Source: Prorocentrum cordatum (taxonomy: Eukaryota). Taken from it: DNA of 64,000 nucleotides. The DNA is taken from positions 1-64,000 of the forward strand of contig CAUYUJ010000252.1 of assembly GCA_963575745.1 (NCBI GenBank), read 5' to 3'. The translations under genes and the position numbers were made by a program. The notes under the pieces were generated by a model. That model saw only the letters and a list, made by a program, of their open reading frames with translations. It was not told the DNA's origin and made no database searches. This document shows positions 1-11,660 of this stretch, in pieces; positions within the stretch are counted from its first letter, which is position 1; every line of letters begins with the position of its first letter.

Positions 1-699
1 GGAGGAGGAGGAGCATGAAGAGGAGCAGGAGGAGGAGGAGGAGGAGGAGGAGGAGGAGGAGGAGGAGGTGAAGGCGGAGCAGGAGGGTGAGGAGGAAAAG
101 GAGGAAGGCCGTATGCGGTCGCCGCACACGACTGTGCGCGCGACCCTGAGGGGGGGCAGCCTCAGCGCGCCGCCGCGCCAGGGGACGCGGGCGGCGGCGC
201 GCGTACCACGAAAGGGTGATCAACCGCGACTGCAACATCATCAACACCGACGTGGCATACCTCGATCTTCACAGACATGGGTACTTTCAACGTATCGAAT
301 GGCTATGGGACCTGACGAGTGGAATGCAACGTCCGGCACGGGATGCAAGTTCCATCATACGACGTCGTTATCATTGCTACGACCGCCCTCGCGAGGGCGT
401 CCAGGCACGAGCTTCGTACCTGGCAGCCCAAGTACGAGAAACCGCTGCGTATCAAGAGACCCAAGCACGATAAGGTGTTTTGTGACAGTCGTATCGAAAG
501 TGATAATCACCACAAGTAGGACACCAAGTCGACACCAGGAACAACAGGACCGAACTGCCTGAAGGGGATACTAAGTAAGTGGCTTCAGAGGTACCGGTTG
601 ACTATGGCCGCGCTGCTAGCAACGAGTACGACTACGACGCCAATCGCGGGCACGGCGAGCACAGCTTCTACGAAGAATGCACCGCATACATTTTCCTCA

Positions 700-3110
700 C
701 TTTGCCACAGGAGCTACGAGGGCAAAGAGCAGAGCTGCGATGTCCACAAACAGAGCTACCAGAGCAACCTGCTACGCGGCGTGGGCCACCAGCAGGCTTA
801 CGAGGGCAATACGCAGAGCTCCTAGAACCACCCTGTGTGCTACGAGGGCCACCAGCACTGTTTCCAGAACCACCAGCTACGCTCCGAGGGCCACCAGCAG
901 AGCTTCGAGTACTACTGGCCGAGCGTCGAGGACCGCCAGTTGTCACACCACTGCCACCTACTGAGCTACCTGCGCGTGACCAGCACGATCTCCTCCGTGG
1001 CGCTGGCACCCAGAACGTGGAAACCCACGACGTGGCAGCAGAGGATTCCGACTGTGACCTCGTGGGCGCCGACATGAACGTATCTTTCGATTGCTTCTTG
1101 GGTCAGGTGTGCGAGCACGAGGAAGGCCTCCAAGCTCCGCAGCGAGGACCAGCGGAGCCTCGACGACCACCAGAAATATATCATAACCCACAGTATAGCT
1201 TTGAGAAGAAGCAGCCGAACTACGAAGGCAACGAGAGCTTCAAGAGCCAAAGAAAGAGCTACGAGACCCATCGCTGAGCTATGAGAGCCACAAGCAGGGC
1301 TACGAGGACCACGAGGCGACAACCTGAGCTTCACGAGCCACAAACAGAAATATTACATCCACCATCGGAGCGAGGGGGAATACTGCCAGTCCTTCGAGTG
1401 TCACGAGCTCAACTCCAAGGACCGCAACCACAGCTACCAGAGCCACCTCCAGAACTGCGAGGACCGCCATCTTAACTACGAGGGCCGTAAGCAGGGTTAC
1501 GAGGACCACCACCTGAGCCACGCGGGCTTTAAAGCCAGCTGCGAGGGCCACAGGCAGGGCAACGAGGACAACTAGCTGCACCATGAGGATCACCAGCTGA
1601 GCTACGAGACCTACAAGCAGAGTGGCGAGAACCACCAGCTCAGCTGATGGATGCACCAGATCTGCTTCTTGCCGAGCCGCTGAACTACGATCAGGTCGGG
1701 GAGAGCGATTATGAGGACGACGGGTGCGATGATGAAGATGAAAGGAGCGACGCGGAGTACGAGGAGAGCGACCAGCAGGCCCGTTCAGATGACCAAAGGT
1801 TAGTTTCAAAGAACAGTCAGCACACAGTGGAACATCGTTGCTTTCGACTGCCGTCTCTGAACTTCGATTTTTGGAGGGCAGATTTCAGGATTTGGATCGC
1901 GAAGACTCTGGGGGGTCCCTTGAAGCCGAGGCCACCTCATGGTACCAGGGGGCATCGAGGTGAAACTTCAAGTCCAAAGGGGAGTGGAATGGCTACGACA
2001 ATCATTCCTAAGGAAGTCGAACACCTGCAAAGCTACGTCGGCCACAACCTGAGCTCCGAAAGCAAAATGCAAGGCTGTTGTAGCAACCAACAGAACTAAG
2101 CTATCATGGCCACCAGAAGACCCTCGAGGACAACAGGCTGAGTTTTGAGGACCACCGCCGCAGCTACGAGAGCCACCAGAAGAACGCCAAGGCCCATCAG
2201 CTGAGCTACGAGAGCCACCAGCAGAGTTACAAGAGCCACAAGCGGAGCCACGACCACAAACCGAGCCACTGGGACCACAGGTACATCCACTACTGCCAAA
2301 AGCTGCGCTACCAGGGCGACCACCTATACTGCAAGGGCCACGTGCAGACCCTCGAGAGCCACCAGCCCAACTGCGAGGGCTACTTGCTGAGCTACGAGGG
2401 CCACCACTTGAGCTATGCGGGCCACAAGAAGAACAGCTTCCCGGAAAGCTACCACAGCGACAAGCTAAACTGCAAGGGCCAGGAGCAGAGCTTCGAGAAC
2501 CGCCAGTCCAGTTACGAGGTCCACCTGCTCAGCTACGAGGGCCACAACCTGAACTACACGGACCGCAAGCAGAGCTACGAGAGCCTCATGCTGAGTACCA
2601 GGGCAACGAGATGAACTTAACTGACCACCAGCAGAGCTACAAGCTGCGCTACGAGGCCCGCAAACAGAGCTACGATATCCACCAACAGTGCAACCAGGGC
2701 CACCTGCTGTTCTACGAGAGCCGGCAGCAGAGCTACACTGGCCATCAGCTGAGATGCGACCCCCACTCGCTGAGCTACGGGAGCCACACGCAGGGCTACG
2801 GGGACCACCGGCTGAACTACCAGGGCCGGCCGCTGTGTTTTGAGGGTCGCAAGACGAAGGCCAGGGCCCACGGAGGACCTGGATTACCAAAAAGCCAATC
2901 GCTATCGGAGACACTTTGGAGGGCAACTACGGAAGAGCTTACTACGAGTGCACGGTGCTGGAGCTCAGCGTCCAGAAGCTGAAAGTCCGCTGGACCGACT
3001 GCGCGTAGGGTAGCGTCCCCCGCTGATTCATCCGCAGGAAACCACAAACATAGTTAAGGGGGCTACAAGCTGAGCTACGAACGCCACGAGCAGGGCTACG
3101 ATGACGTCCG
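700..3110 (+). repeat. Degenerate ~21-nt tandem repeat region (consensus ~GAGCTACGAGGGCCACCAGCA; reads ELRGPPA or SYEGHQQ)
   Basis: Many diverged copies of gagctacgagggccacca. ORFs 579..1277, 2342..2614 and 2611..2982 are built of the heptad but are broken by stops and frameshifts. Confidence 0.8.
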
Positions 3111-4319
3111 GTTGAACTGCCCAACCAGGTGGTGCCATGAAGAAAACGGCGAGACGGCCTGCCTGAAGCCGGATAAGATCACGTACTATTACAGCGTTAC
3201 GGACAGCGATATACGAGTACATCGTTACAGCAGGATACCACGTCTACTCCGTTAGCGTTGCAGGCACCATCGTTGCCATCGTGTACCACATAACTGGCGG
3301 GGTACTTCGTGTATGCGCTACTGGCAAAAGTGGATCGTCTACGGCATGTGCCGCTCCTACGGTTGAGCGGCCCCGCCGCTCCACCAACCTGCCCCTTGCA
3401 GGAGTGTAGGCGGCCTTTCTTTCCCTTCCTCCCCTCCTGCGGAAGGGGGCCGTCTCCGTGTAGCCGTCGCGCCCTGGGGCGCGTGGCGGGCGCGGGGGCG
3501 TTTGGGTGACGCGCTTCACGGCTGCGAAAAGAAGAGGGGAAGGATGAGCACGAGGAGCGAGGAGGATGAGGATGAGGAGGAGGAGGAGGAGGAAAAGGAG
3601 GAGGAGGAGGAGGAGGCGGATGATGATGATGAGGAGGAGGAGGAGGAGGATGAGGAGGAGAAGGAGGATGAGGAGGACGAGGAGGGGGAGGAGGAGCTAG
3701 AGGCGCTGGCCGATCGAAGTCAAGCTGCGACGCCGCGGTCGGCTATATTTCGGGGGAGCGTCCCTATCATGGCCGGGGGTCGGGAAGGGCCCGTAGAGGG
3801 GCCCCAAAACTCTGCGAACAGCGCCGGCGTGGAGAAGCTATGCCCACGCGCGTGTGATCTGGAGCCGCTCCGGGAGGAGCAGGCGCCGATCAGGGAGAGG
3901 GACGCCGCTCAGGGAGAGTGAGCCGCTCAGAGAGAGGGGTGCCACTCAGGGCGAGGGATGCCCGACGTGGACGCCGCTCAGGGGTGAGGTGCTGATAAAA
4001 GGGGGTAAGGCGGGCGAGGAGAGCGAGAATGGGGGAGGAAAGGAGGGATGGGGGAGGAGGGGGGATGATGATGATGCAAGGTGTTTGGGCTGATGGGGCA
4101 GGATGAAGTGAGGATGGGGGATGGTATTCAGGATGGACAGTCTGGGATGATGAGGATGTTGAGAAGGCGGAGGAGAAGGAGAAACAGGATTATGGTAAAG
4201 CGTACATGTAATCATTGGAGGGGGAATGAGGACGCCCCCCTGCTGTCCATCAAACTTCCAACGCCACAGAGGAATTAGAAGTAGGAGGTTGCTGCAGATG
4301 GCGATAACGGCAACAATTA

Positions 4320-4385
4320 TATGGTTATGACGGGGATTTGTGATGATGTGAATGATGATGCTCATGCTGATGCTGATGCTGATGC

Positions 4386-4448
<63 letters not shown>

Positions 4449-4513
4449 GTGGGAGGAGGCGGAGGATAATGATGGTGATTATGATGGTGATGGTGATTAT
4501 GATGACGTCGATA

Positions 4514-4586
<73 letters not shown>

Positions 4587-4708
4587 CGATGATGATGATA
4601 TGATGATGATGAGGATGATTATGATATGACGATGATGATGGATGATGATGATGATGATGATGATGTGGTGGTGTGATGATGATGATGTGGTGATGATGAT
4701 GATGATGA

Positions 4709-4753
<45 letters not shown>

Positions 4754-5070
4754 CGTATGCGGATGGTGATGATGATGGTGGTGGTGATGATGAATATGAT
4801 CATGTAATGCTGATGTTGATGATGATGACGATGATGATGACGATGATGCTGATGCTGATCATGATCATGCTCATTATGCTGATGATGCTGCTGTCGATGG
4901 TGATGATGCTGGTGCTGATGATGATGATGATGATGCTGCTGCTGATGATGATGAGGATGATGATGATGCTGATGCTGATGGGGGGATGATGATGACGGTG
5001 CTGATGGTGGTGATGTTGCTGATTATGACGATGATGCGTCTGATGGTGATGCTGCTTGTGACGATGGTGA
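4320..5070. repeat. (GAT/GCT/GGT)n compound microsatellite
   Basis: Direct reading of the sequence. Confidence 0.95.
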
Positions 5071-5779
5071 TGGACCAGGGATCGTGATGCTGCAAACGAC
5101 GCTGCTTGTGACGATGTGAGGATGCGGAGCAGGAGCGGGAGACGCAGGGCAGTTCAGAGGGGTAGCGGTCCTTCGTCTCCTCCAGCACCTCCTCGCCTCC
5201 TGCACCCACGTGTCTAGTGCCCCCCCTTCGCCCTTCCGCTCCTGCCCCTGTCTTGTTAGGATTGGTATTGTTTTCCATCTGCCGCTCCGCCGCATGGGCT
5301 CTTACTGAGTAGGCGCTGTGCGTCATCCTTTATAGAGTCGTTGCGTGTCGCCTCGTTATATAAGTGGTCGCTGGGACCCCCCCCAAAAAAGTGCCCCCCC
5401 TTCGCCCTTCCCTGTTCTCAAAGCCAGCCCGACGCCTCCCGGGGCCCACCCGGACCCGCTCTGCAGCGCGGCTCCGGCCGTGGCGGCGAGGATCAGCTCT
5501 AGTTGAAAGGATTCGCGTAAAGGAACAGGCTAAGGCAGCTAGTTCCCTATCGTGAGTCGCTTTAAGTTTCAGCTTTGATTAATTAAGCTTCGCTTAATAT
5601 TTAGTGCGGTGCACTCCCCTGCGGGTCTTTTCATTCATTCATTCATTCCCTCCCTCCCCCTCCCTCCCTGCCTCCCTCCCTCCCTCCCTCCCTGCCTCCC
5701 TCCCTCCCTCCCTGCCTCCCTCCCTCCATCCCTCCCTCCCTCCCTCCCTCCCTCCCCCTCGACTCGCTGGCGCCCTCAG

Positions 5780-5803
5780 GTCCTGCAGCACTTCAGAGTG
5801 AAG
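5780..5803 (+). CDS. Candidate exon of gene A, unknown protein (VLQHFRVK)
   Basis: (CCCT)n tract, then CAG|G acceptor; AAG|GT donor; phase 0, compatible with the next exon. Confidence 0.45.
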
Positions 5804-6088
5804 GTCCATCTCTGCGCGTCCCCGGCCGCTCGGATGTACTTCCTGGGGTAGTCATCGTGCCCGACAGCTTTGAAATCCCGGGTGAACGGTGTGGCCGCGT
5901 ACTTGGGCCTCCCTTGCTCTTGCTGCGCTGTTGCTGGATCGTAAGAATGTCGTCTTTTGCGGTCCCCTCCCTCCCCTCCTCTCCCCTCCCCCTCCCCTCC
6001 CCTCCCCCTCCCCTCCCCTCTCCCCCTGCTTCCGCTCCCCTCCCCTCTCTCTCCTCCGCCCGCCCTCCCCTCTCCCCTGCTCGTCCAG

Positions 6089-6181
6089 GTCGCGGCGCTG
6101 CCGCCGCTCGAGCTGCAGAGCCTGGCTGGCGACAGCGAGCGGCTGCACGAGCGCTTCGTGCGGCTGCAGGGAAGGCTGCAG
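6089..6181 (+). CDS. Exon of gene A (VAALPPLELQSLAGDSERLHERFVRLQGRLQ)
   Basis: Pyrimidine tract plus CAG|G; CAG|GC donor; 93 nt with GC3-rich codons; complex-sequence island between microsatellites. Confidence 0.65.
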
Positions 6182-6473
6182 GCCGCTCGCGGCGCGGTCG
6201 TCGGCGTCTTCCGCATCGTCGTCCTCGTTGTCGCCCTCGTGGTCGCCCTCGTGGTCGCCCTCGTCGTCGCCCTCGTTGTCGTTGGCCTTCGTCGTCGCCC
6301 TCGTCGTCGCCCTCGTCGTTGTGGTCCGCGTCGTTAGGGTCGTCGTCGTGGTCGTCGTGGTCGTCATCGTCGTCGTCGTCGCCGTGGCGCGGGAGTGGGG
6401 TGTGTGGGGGGGGAGCGTCGTCGTAGAGGTGGTGGTCGGCGCTGTCGTCGTCGTCGTCGTCGTCGTCGTCGCG

Positions 6474-6538
<65 letters not shown>

Positions 6539-6611
6539 GCTCGTCGTTGTCGTGGTGGTGGTGGTGGTCGTCGTCGCCGTCGTCGGACAGAGAGCCCTCG
6601 CGGCCTGCCAG

Positions 6612-6701
6612 GCGGCGGGGCCGCAGGGCCCCTCCGCCGCGGAGGCGGGCGAGCTGGTGGCATACCACAGGGACCTGGCGCTGTTCGTGCAGGGGGTGGA
6701 G
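6612..6701 (+). CDS. Exon of gene A (AAGPQGPSAAEAGELVAYHRDLALFVQGVE)
   Basis: CAG|G acceptor after (GTC)n; GAG|GA donor; 90 nt, phase 0. Confidence 0.6.
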
Positions 6702-7445
6702 GACTCCCTCCGCTCCGCCTCCCCCGTCCGCCGCCCCACGACCACAACCAGGGAGGAGCAGTGGTTGCGTATAGATTGAGGAGGAGGAGGAGGAGGAGGA
6801 GGAGGAGGAGGAGGAGGAGGAGGAGGAGGAGGAGGAGGAGGAGCAGGAGGAGGAGTAGGAGCTTGAGTAGGGCGACGCATTCTACACGTAATATCCACTG
6901 CTCGCACCCGTCCTCTTCCACAACCACCTACTACAGTGGAAAACCCATGCTAAGAAACACCCTGCTTGCCTCCAGGCTGCCCTGGGTTTCTTGGGTCTCG
7001 ATGGTTTTGAAATGGAAGGCTTGACGTTCTCACACCGGAAATCGATTGATGTCCTGGGGTCTCAGGGTTGGGCTTCGTGTGGAAAGTTTGTCGTGGTCGA
7101 GCTCATGTTCGGGCACTGAGAGAACGCCCACCCAGACAAGTCGACCGATCACATCTGCACGGGCACACTCGGCATTGGCATTCGAGCGTGCTTGTGCAGT
7201 CCTTCGTCGGTTTCGCTAATCGACGTGCGTTTCGCTTGGCACACTCGGCTGTTATCGGACGTCGATTGGCTGCCCCACCAGGGTGCACTTGGAATGCGGT
7301 GCCGTGCGCACGTGGAGCGCCCCTGGCAGCTTTCATTCAATATCGTTTTGCTGCATGGGGGTTCTGTCCACCCCCGGTGTGAACTCTGCTCTCCTCCCCT
7401 GGATTCCTGTCCAACCGGGGCCCGTTTTCTCCCGCATGTTGAGTT

Positions 7446-7623
7446 ACAGTCGGGGCCCTGAAAAAGGAACCCTTTTCGTTGGGGAGGGGCTCCGCGTTCC
7501 TTAAGTGTTTCACAGCTTGCCTCAGGTTGTCCTCAGGTTTTCGATGGGAAGTCGAGGTTTAACTTCTGGAGAAAAGGGGCCTCGTTCCTTATTTAGGGTT
7601 CCTTAGGTCAACGCCCCGACTGT
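7446..7623. mobile_element. MITE, Tc1/mariner-like CAGT...ACTG ends, copy 1
   Basis: TIR ACAGTCGGGGC/GCCCCGACTGT; internal AAGGAACCCT/AGGGTTCCTT; second copy at 13012-13188. Confidence 0.8.
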
Positions 7624-7803
7624 TCTCTCCTCCCCTAGATTCCTGTCCAACCGGGGCCCGTTTTCTCCCGCATGTTGAGTTTAAGCGTATACAGGTTCCT
7701 AAAGGTGAACTGGCAACAGCTGTCCAATCGGAAGGTTCCTGGTGTTTACAAAAGGGTGTATGGAAACTGAACTGGGGCTGCCAGTCCTCGAAAACCATGT
7801 GGG

Positions 7804-9801
7804 TTAGCCAGCAAGGCCGGCCCAGCGATGAACATCAGCAGGGCCACATAAGATCTCATTGGCGCCACAATCGGCCAAATGATCAGCTCGTTCGTTCAAA
7901 AATTGCCCAGTGTGGCTTTCCCATTTTCTGAAGACAATATAAGAAGAAACCTGATCAAAGACATGACGAACACGAAGAACAAGTCGAAGGTTCGTCCTCC
8001 CCCGGGTGCGCCGCTGAGCCACGCCGGCCGCGTACTCCGAGTCGTACTCGATGATGACAGGTTGTGAAGATGGCATCAAAGCAATATGATCATGAACCCA
8101 AGACAAAGCGAAAAATAAAGCAGACAGTTCACCAACATTATTGGAATGATGATATGCGCCGATGTATCCAGGCTCATTCGGGTCCAGGATGGTAGGCCCA
8201 CAGTAGTCCCGGAGCGAGGAAGAAGAGGAGGAGGCAACAGTAAAACCCCACCCAGACACGTCTGTATCTGGTCCAGCGGTCGCCGAACCATTGCAAGAAA
8301 GTACGAGGGCCTCGTGTACTCGAAAATCTCCTGGGGCAGGCTGCTGAGGAAGTTGGTCTTCTCGCCGGCCTGCCGGCGGTCCTCCCCCTGGTCCGCCGCC
8401 TGCTGCAGGCGGCGTCCGCTGCTTGATGCGGGGCAGAGGTGGAAGAGCAGCACGATATACATGTTCCAATGGTTGGGAACGGCACTGATCCAATTCGAGC
8501 AGAACTGGTTGTTGGCGACGCTCCGCGGCACAAGCCAAAGTAGCAATGGCATTCACGTGCAGCAGGTACTCCAAGATGTACTTCGCCTCCTCCAAAGACG
8601 GCGTCGTTTCTGCTCCCAGACAGTGCGGGACCAGTCCGCACCGTGCCAGGCAGGGGGGAAGACCGTCAGGATACGTATTCCCAGGTACGCGTGCATCAAG
8701 CACGCCGCGTGCAGCCGCATTGCACGGGCAGCTCCACAAACGGTGCATGGTGGTCTCGACCGCGCCCTTGCAGCGGACGCAGATCTCGTCGCCGTCGTGG
8801 TTCGGGATGCGGGTCTTGCTCAGGGAGGTCCAGATACCGCCGGTGGTGAGCGCGGGGCCGCCGTAGTGCAGCTGCGCGCCGAACATGTGCTCTCGTGCCT
8901 CATGCACCTCGGAGAGACCTTGGTGCAGGCCGCCGAAGTCCTTCGGCCGGCGGGCGGCCTCCCGCTCAGCCAGGCAGCGCCGCAAGAAAACACGCAGGTC
9001 GTGAAGCCGAGCGTCTACCCGAGCAGCCTTGCGCAATCGTGGATAATTGCGCCGGTCAGCTGGGGCAAGCAGCTCGGGGCGAATGCTGAAAGTGAAGGCG
9101 TAGTGGGTGCTCTTGAAAGACGTGGCAGTACGCCACTCAATGCCCAGCGCCCGACACGCTCGATCCAATAGAGTGAAAGGTCCAAATTTGTGACGTCGTC
9201 GCTGTGCCCACAAAGAGCGCCACACACTCAAAGGTACAATGTTGGCCAGGACGACCCTGTAGAACATGCGGATAGCCGTGTAGACAGCCGCGCACGTCAA
9301 GTGCGTTCGGTGCGCGCCCGGCCGAAGCAGATGGGTGAGGTCGCGCGATCTCCGACCCACTCGGCCCGGCGGTACATTGCCCATCAAGGGTACGGCGGCC
9401 CAAGCCGCTGCGCCCGACATCGTAAAAGCATAGCCGCCGTCACACCAGAGCGCCGCCACGGCGTCGGCGACACCAGCGCCGCGCTGCGTCTGCGGTAAGA
9501 TGTTGACGACGTCCACTCGTTTTCGAAACTGTTGCAGGCGTCTGGCAGCGACGGGCGCTGCCACCGGTGAGCCCAAGATTAGGGCAATCCCAAGATATCT
9601 GAAAGTACGCTGTAATGGAATAGCTCGCAGCTCGGGACTGCCGCACTCGGGGGCGCGCGTACCTGTGGCCGTGACCACCCCGCGGGCACACTTCGGCACG
9701 TTCAAATCTGGGCCAAAGGCACGGTCAATCTCGCGTGTGGCTGCCAGAGCGTCTGCGAGTTCTTGCCACGAATGAGCCAGAATGAACCTGTCGTCGAGGT
9801 A
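7804..9801 (-). CDS. LINE polyprotein, C-terminal part (RT from YLDD, zinc finger, RNase H)
   Basis: Open frame from YLDDRFIL to the stop at 7804. The first catalytic Asp of RNase H appears as Asn (CNGS). Confidence 0.9.
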   Translation of the reverse strand, partial: YLDDRFILAHSWQELADALAATREIDRAFGPDLNVPKCARGVVTATGTRAPECGSPELRAIPLQRTFRYLGIALILGSPVAAPVAARRLQQFRKRVDVVNILPQTQRGAGVADAVAALWCDGGYAFTMSGAAAWAAVPLMGNVPPGRVGRRSRDLTHLLRPGAHRTHLTCAAVYTAIRMFYRVVLANIVPLSVWRSLWAQRRRHKFGPFTLLDRACRALGIEWRTATSFKSTHYAFTFSIRPELLAPADRRNYPRLRKAARVDARLHDLRVFLRRCLAEREAARRPKDFGGLHQGLSEVHEAREHMFGAQLHYGGPALTTGGIWTSLSKTRIPNHDGDEICVRCKGAVETTMHRLWSCPCNAAARGVLDARVPGNTYPDGLPPCLARCGLVPHCLGAETTPSLEEAKYILEYLLHVNAIATLACAAERRQQPVLLELDQCRSQPLEHVYRAALPPLPRIKQRTPPAAGGGPGGGPPAGRREDQLPQQPAPGDFRVHEALVLSCNGSATAGPDTDVSGWGFTVASSSSSSLRDYCGPTILDPNEPGYIGAYHHSNNVGELSALFFALSWVHDHIALMPSSQPVIIEYDSEYAAGVAQRRTRGRTNLRLVLRVRHVFDQVSSYIVFRKWESHTGQFLNERADHLADCGANEILCGPADVHRWAGLAG

Positions 9802-11660
9802 TCGTCGAGGTAGGAGAAGAGCGTCGCCGTGGGCACCGCCCGCTCCACTGCCAAGTGCCACATGATTGAAGCTAAGTTGCACAGCAAGCACGCCATAGGA
9901 CAGCCCTGCGGTACGCCGACGAGGTTGCCGCCCTGCAACACGCCGTCCGTTGGCTGGTAATCAACGAACAAAATACGGGATAGGTTCTGGTAGTTCCGCA
10001 GGACGTGCCCGCAGATGTCCAAGCCCAGGTGGTTGGTCAGCTCCAGCAGGCTGTGCAAGTCCAGCCGGTCGTAACACTTCTCGAGGTCCAGGGACAGCAC
10101 GTAAGGTGGGTCGGTCTGCGCCACGCGCGCCTGCGCCAGCTTTGCTTGCAACTCCCATAATACGTCTGGACACGAATGTCGAGGCACTGCTCCTGCCAAG
10201 CCGGCTGGTTTCCACTCCAGCAGCCACTGTGTCAGATGGGCAGTATGGCGTCGCGTCCACAATCTGTAAGTAACGGGTAAGACAGTGAGCGGCCGACGGT
10301 CGCCTGGGGGCGACTCCGGCCCTTTCGGGATAAGAGTAACCCGAGCCTGTGTCCAGAAGCCAGGCAGCCTGCCCGCGTCCGCCGCGATCAGGAGCAGGGC
10401 GAGGCGGTCCAGGGAGTCCTTGTGCAGGTTCTCCAGCCAAGCCACAGACTGGCCCTCGATGCCGCTCGCGCCGTCGGGCAGAAACTCCAGGATGTGTTCG
10501 GCACACCAAGGCCCGAGCGGGCGATATGCTGGCACAGATGGCAGCAATGATAAATCGAATCGCTGGCGCCCAAGGCGTGCAGGAGGGGCCTGGCGTTCAC
10601 GAAGAAGACCAGGGTCAAGGCGAACACTGTGAAAATCAACTCGAAGTCCTGGTAGGTGTGTAATCTGGAAGACGCCGGCGTTCCACCGCCTGGCGAGCCC
10701 CCCATTGAGTTTCCGGGCCAGCTCGCGTGGAGACATGACCTCGGCGCCGAAGGCGGGCAGGATAGCTTCGCAGAGCGTGTCCAGCCTGTGCTTCACCCAC
10801 TTGGCCGCGCCACCTCGCGTACCCACCCGTTGTCGCCAATCTTTGAGTCTCATGCTGTTCGCGTCGTCGATGATGGACGTGATCATGCCCAACGTGTTGT
10901 CGGCCTCGTCGGGCCGCCCGTCGTGGAGCTGGCGCCGGAAGGTCCTCCATAGACTGTGGAGCTCTCGAGCTCGCGCCCCGGCACACCATCCGCCTCCGTC
11001 GGCCTGACGTAGCACGCGGGCCTCCGGAGCACCAGCCGCGTCGGCCCAGATAGCCCACGCCTGATCGATGTCGGACGGGAGCGCGTCTGCAAACTCGTCC
11101 TTGGCAGTAGTAGTCCAAGCGTCCATGCGCATAGGCTCGGAGACGGCCCACCGGAGGCTCTCGTGAAACTCAGGAGGTAAAGCCGCTTCCACCAACACAG
11201 GGCGATGTTGTGAATACTCGACAGGATCCAAAGCTGTAGCTGTGGCTGCAGCCGCAAGCGCGGTAGCGAATACCGCTCCATCGATGGTGGTCTGCCACTC
11301 CCCTACATGTGGGTTGCGGCGGAAAGTAGGCTCCGTAGGACAAATCGCCACCCGCTCCTCCCCGGCGTAGTGGACCGGGCGCTCGTTGAAGTCGCTCACG
11401 TCGATGGTGAGACGGGCAGGCTCGGTGAGGAGGCTGGCGTTGAACCTGCTACGCTCCGAAGCGGAGCCCGAATGGGCGTGCTGGTGCCGCACCAACACGC
11501 GCCTCTCGCCCAGCTGCAAAGCCAGTCGTTGCACACGGAAGTCAGTGTCATTCTGAGTGGCCGCGATGGGCGCTACATTTAGGCCGTCTCGGACAATAGT
11601 GCACATACCATGGCAACCAATGTGAACATGATACCCCAAAGTATGCAGATCAGCTCGCAA
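9702..11660 (-). CDS. LINE polyprotein, N-terminal part (APE + RT up to YLDD)
   Basis: 652-aa ORF in the track with APE and RT motifs; leaves the RT frame at the duplicated YLDD. Confidence 0.9.
   Translation of the reverse strand: MRADLHTLGYHVHIGCHGMCTIVRDGLNVAPIAATQNDTDFRVQRLALQLGERRVLVRHQHAHSGSASERSRFNASLLTEPARLTIDVSDFNERPVHYAGEERVAICPTEPTFRRNPHVGEWQTTIDGAVFATALAAAATATALDPVEYSQHRPVLVEAALPPEFHESLRWAVSEPMRMDAWTTTAKDEFADALPSDIDQAWAIWADAAGAPEARVLRQADGGGWCAGARARELHSLWRTFRRQLHDGRPDEADNTLGMITSIIDDANSMRLKDWRQRVGTRGGAAKWVKHRLDTLCEAILPAFGAEVMSPRELARKLNGGLARRWNAGVFQITHLPGLRVDFHSVRLDPGLLRERQAPPARLGRQRFDLSLLPSVPAYRPLGPWCAEHILEFLPDGASGIEGQSVAWLENLHKDSLDRLALLLIAADAGRLPGFWTQARVTLIPKGPESPPGDRRPLTVLPVTYRLWTRRHTAHLTQWLLEWKPAGLAGAVPRHSCPDVLWELQAKLAQARVAQTDPPYVLSLDLEKCYDRLDLHSLLELTNHLGLDICGHVLRNYQNLSRILFVDYQPTDGVLQGGNLVGVPQGCPMACLLCNLASIMWHLAVERAVPTATLFSYLDDTSTTGSFWLIRGKNSQTLWQPHARLTVPLAQI

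Noticed and set aside
3502..5326. Long poly-D/E/M/I/H ORFs (also at 14527-18954, 23644-30201 and 44468-45234)
   Set aside because: These are open frames through stop-free trinucleotide microsatellites, with no coding complexity.
8146..9171. 341-aa + strand ORF
   Set aside because: It is the antisense shadow of the LINE ORF.
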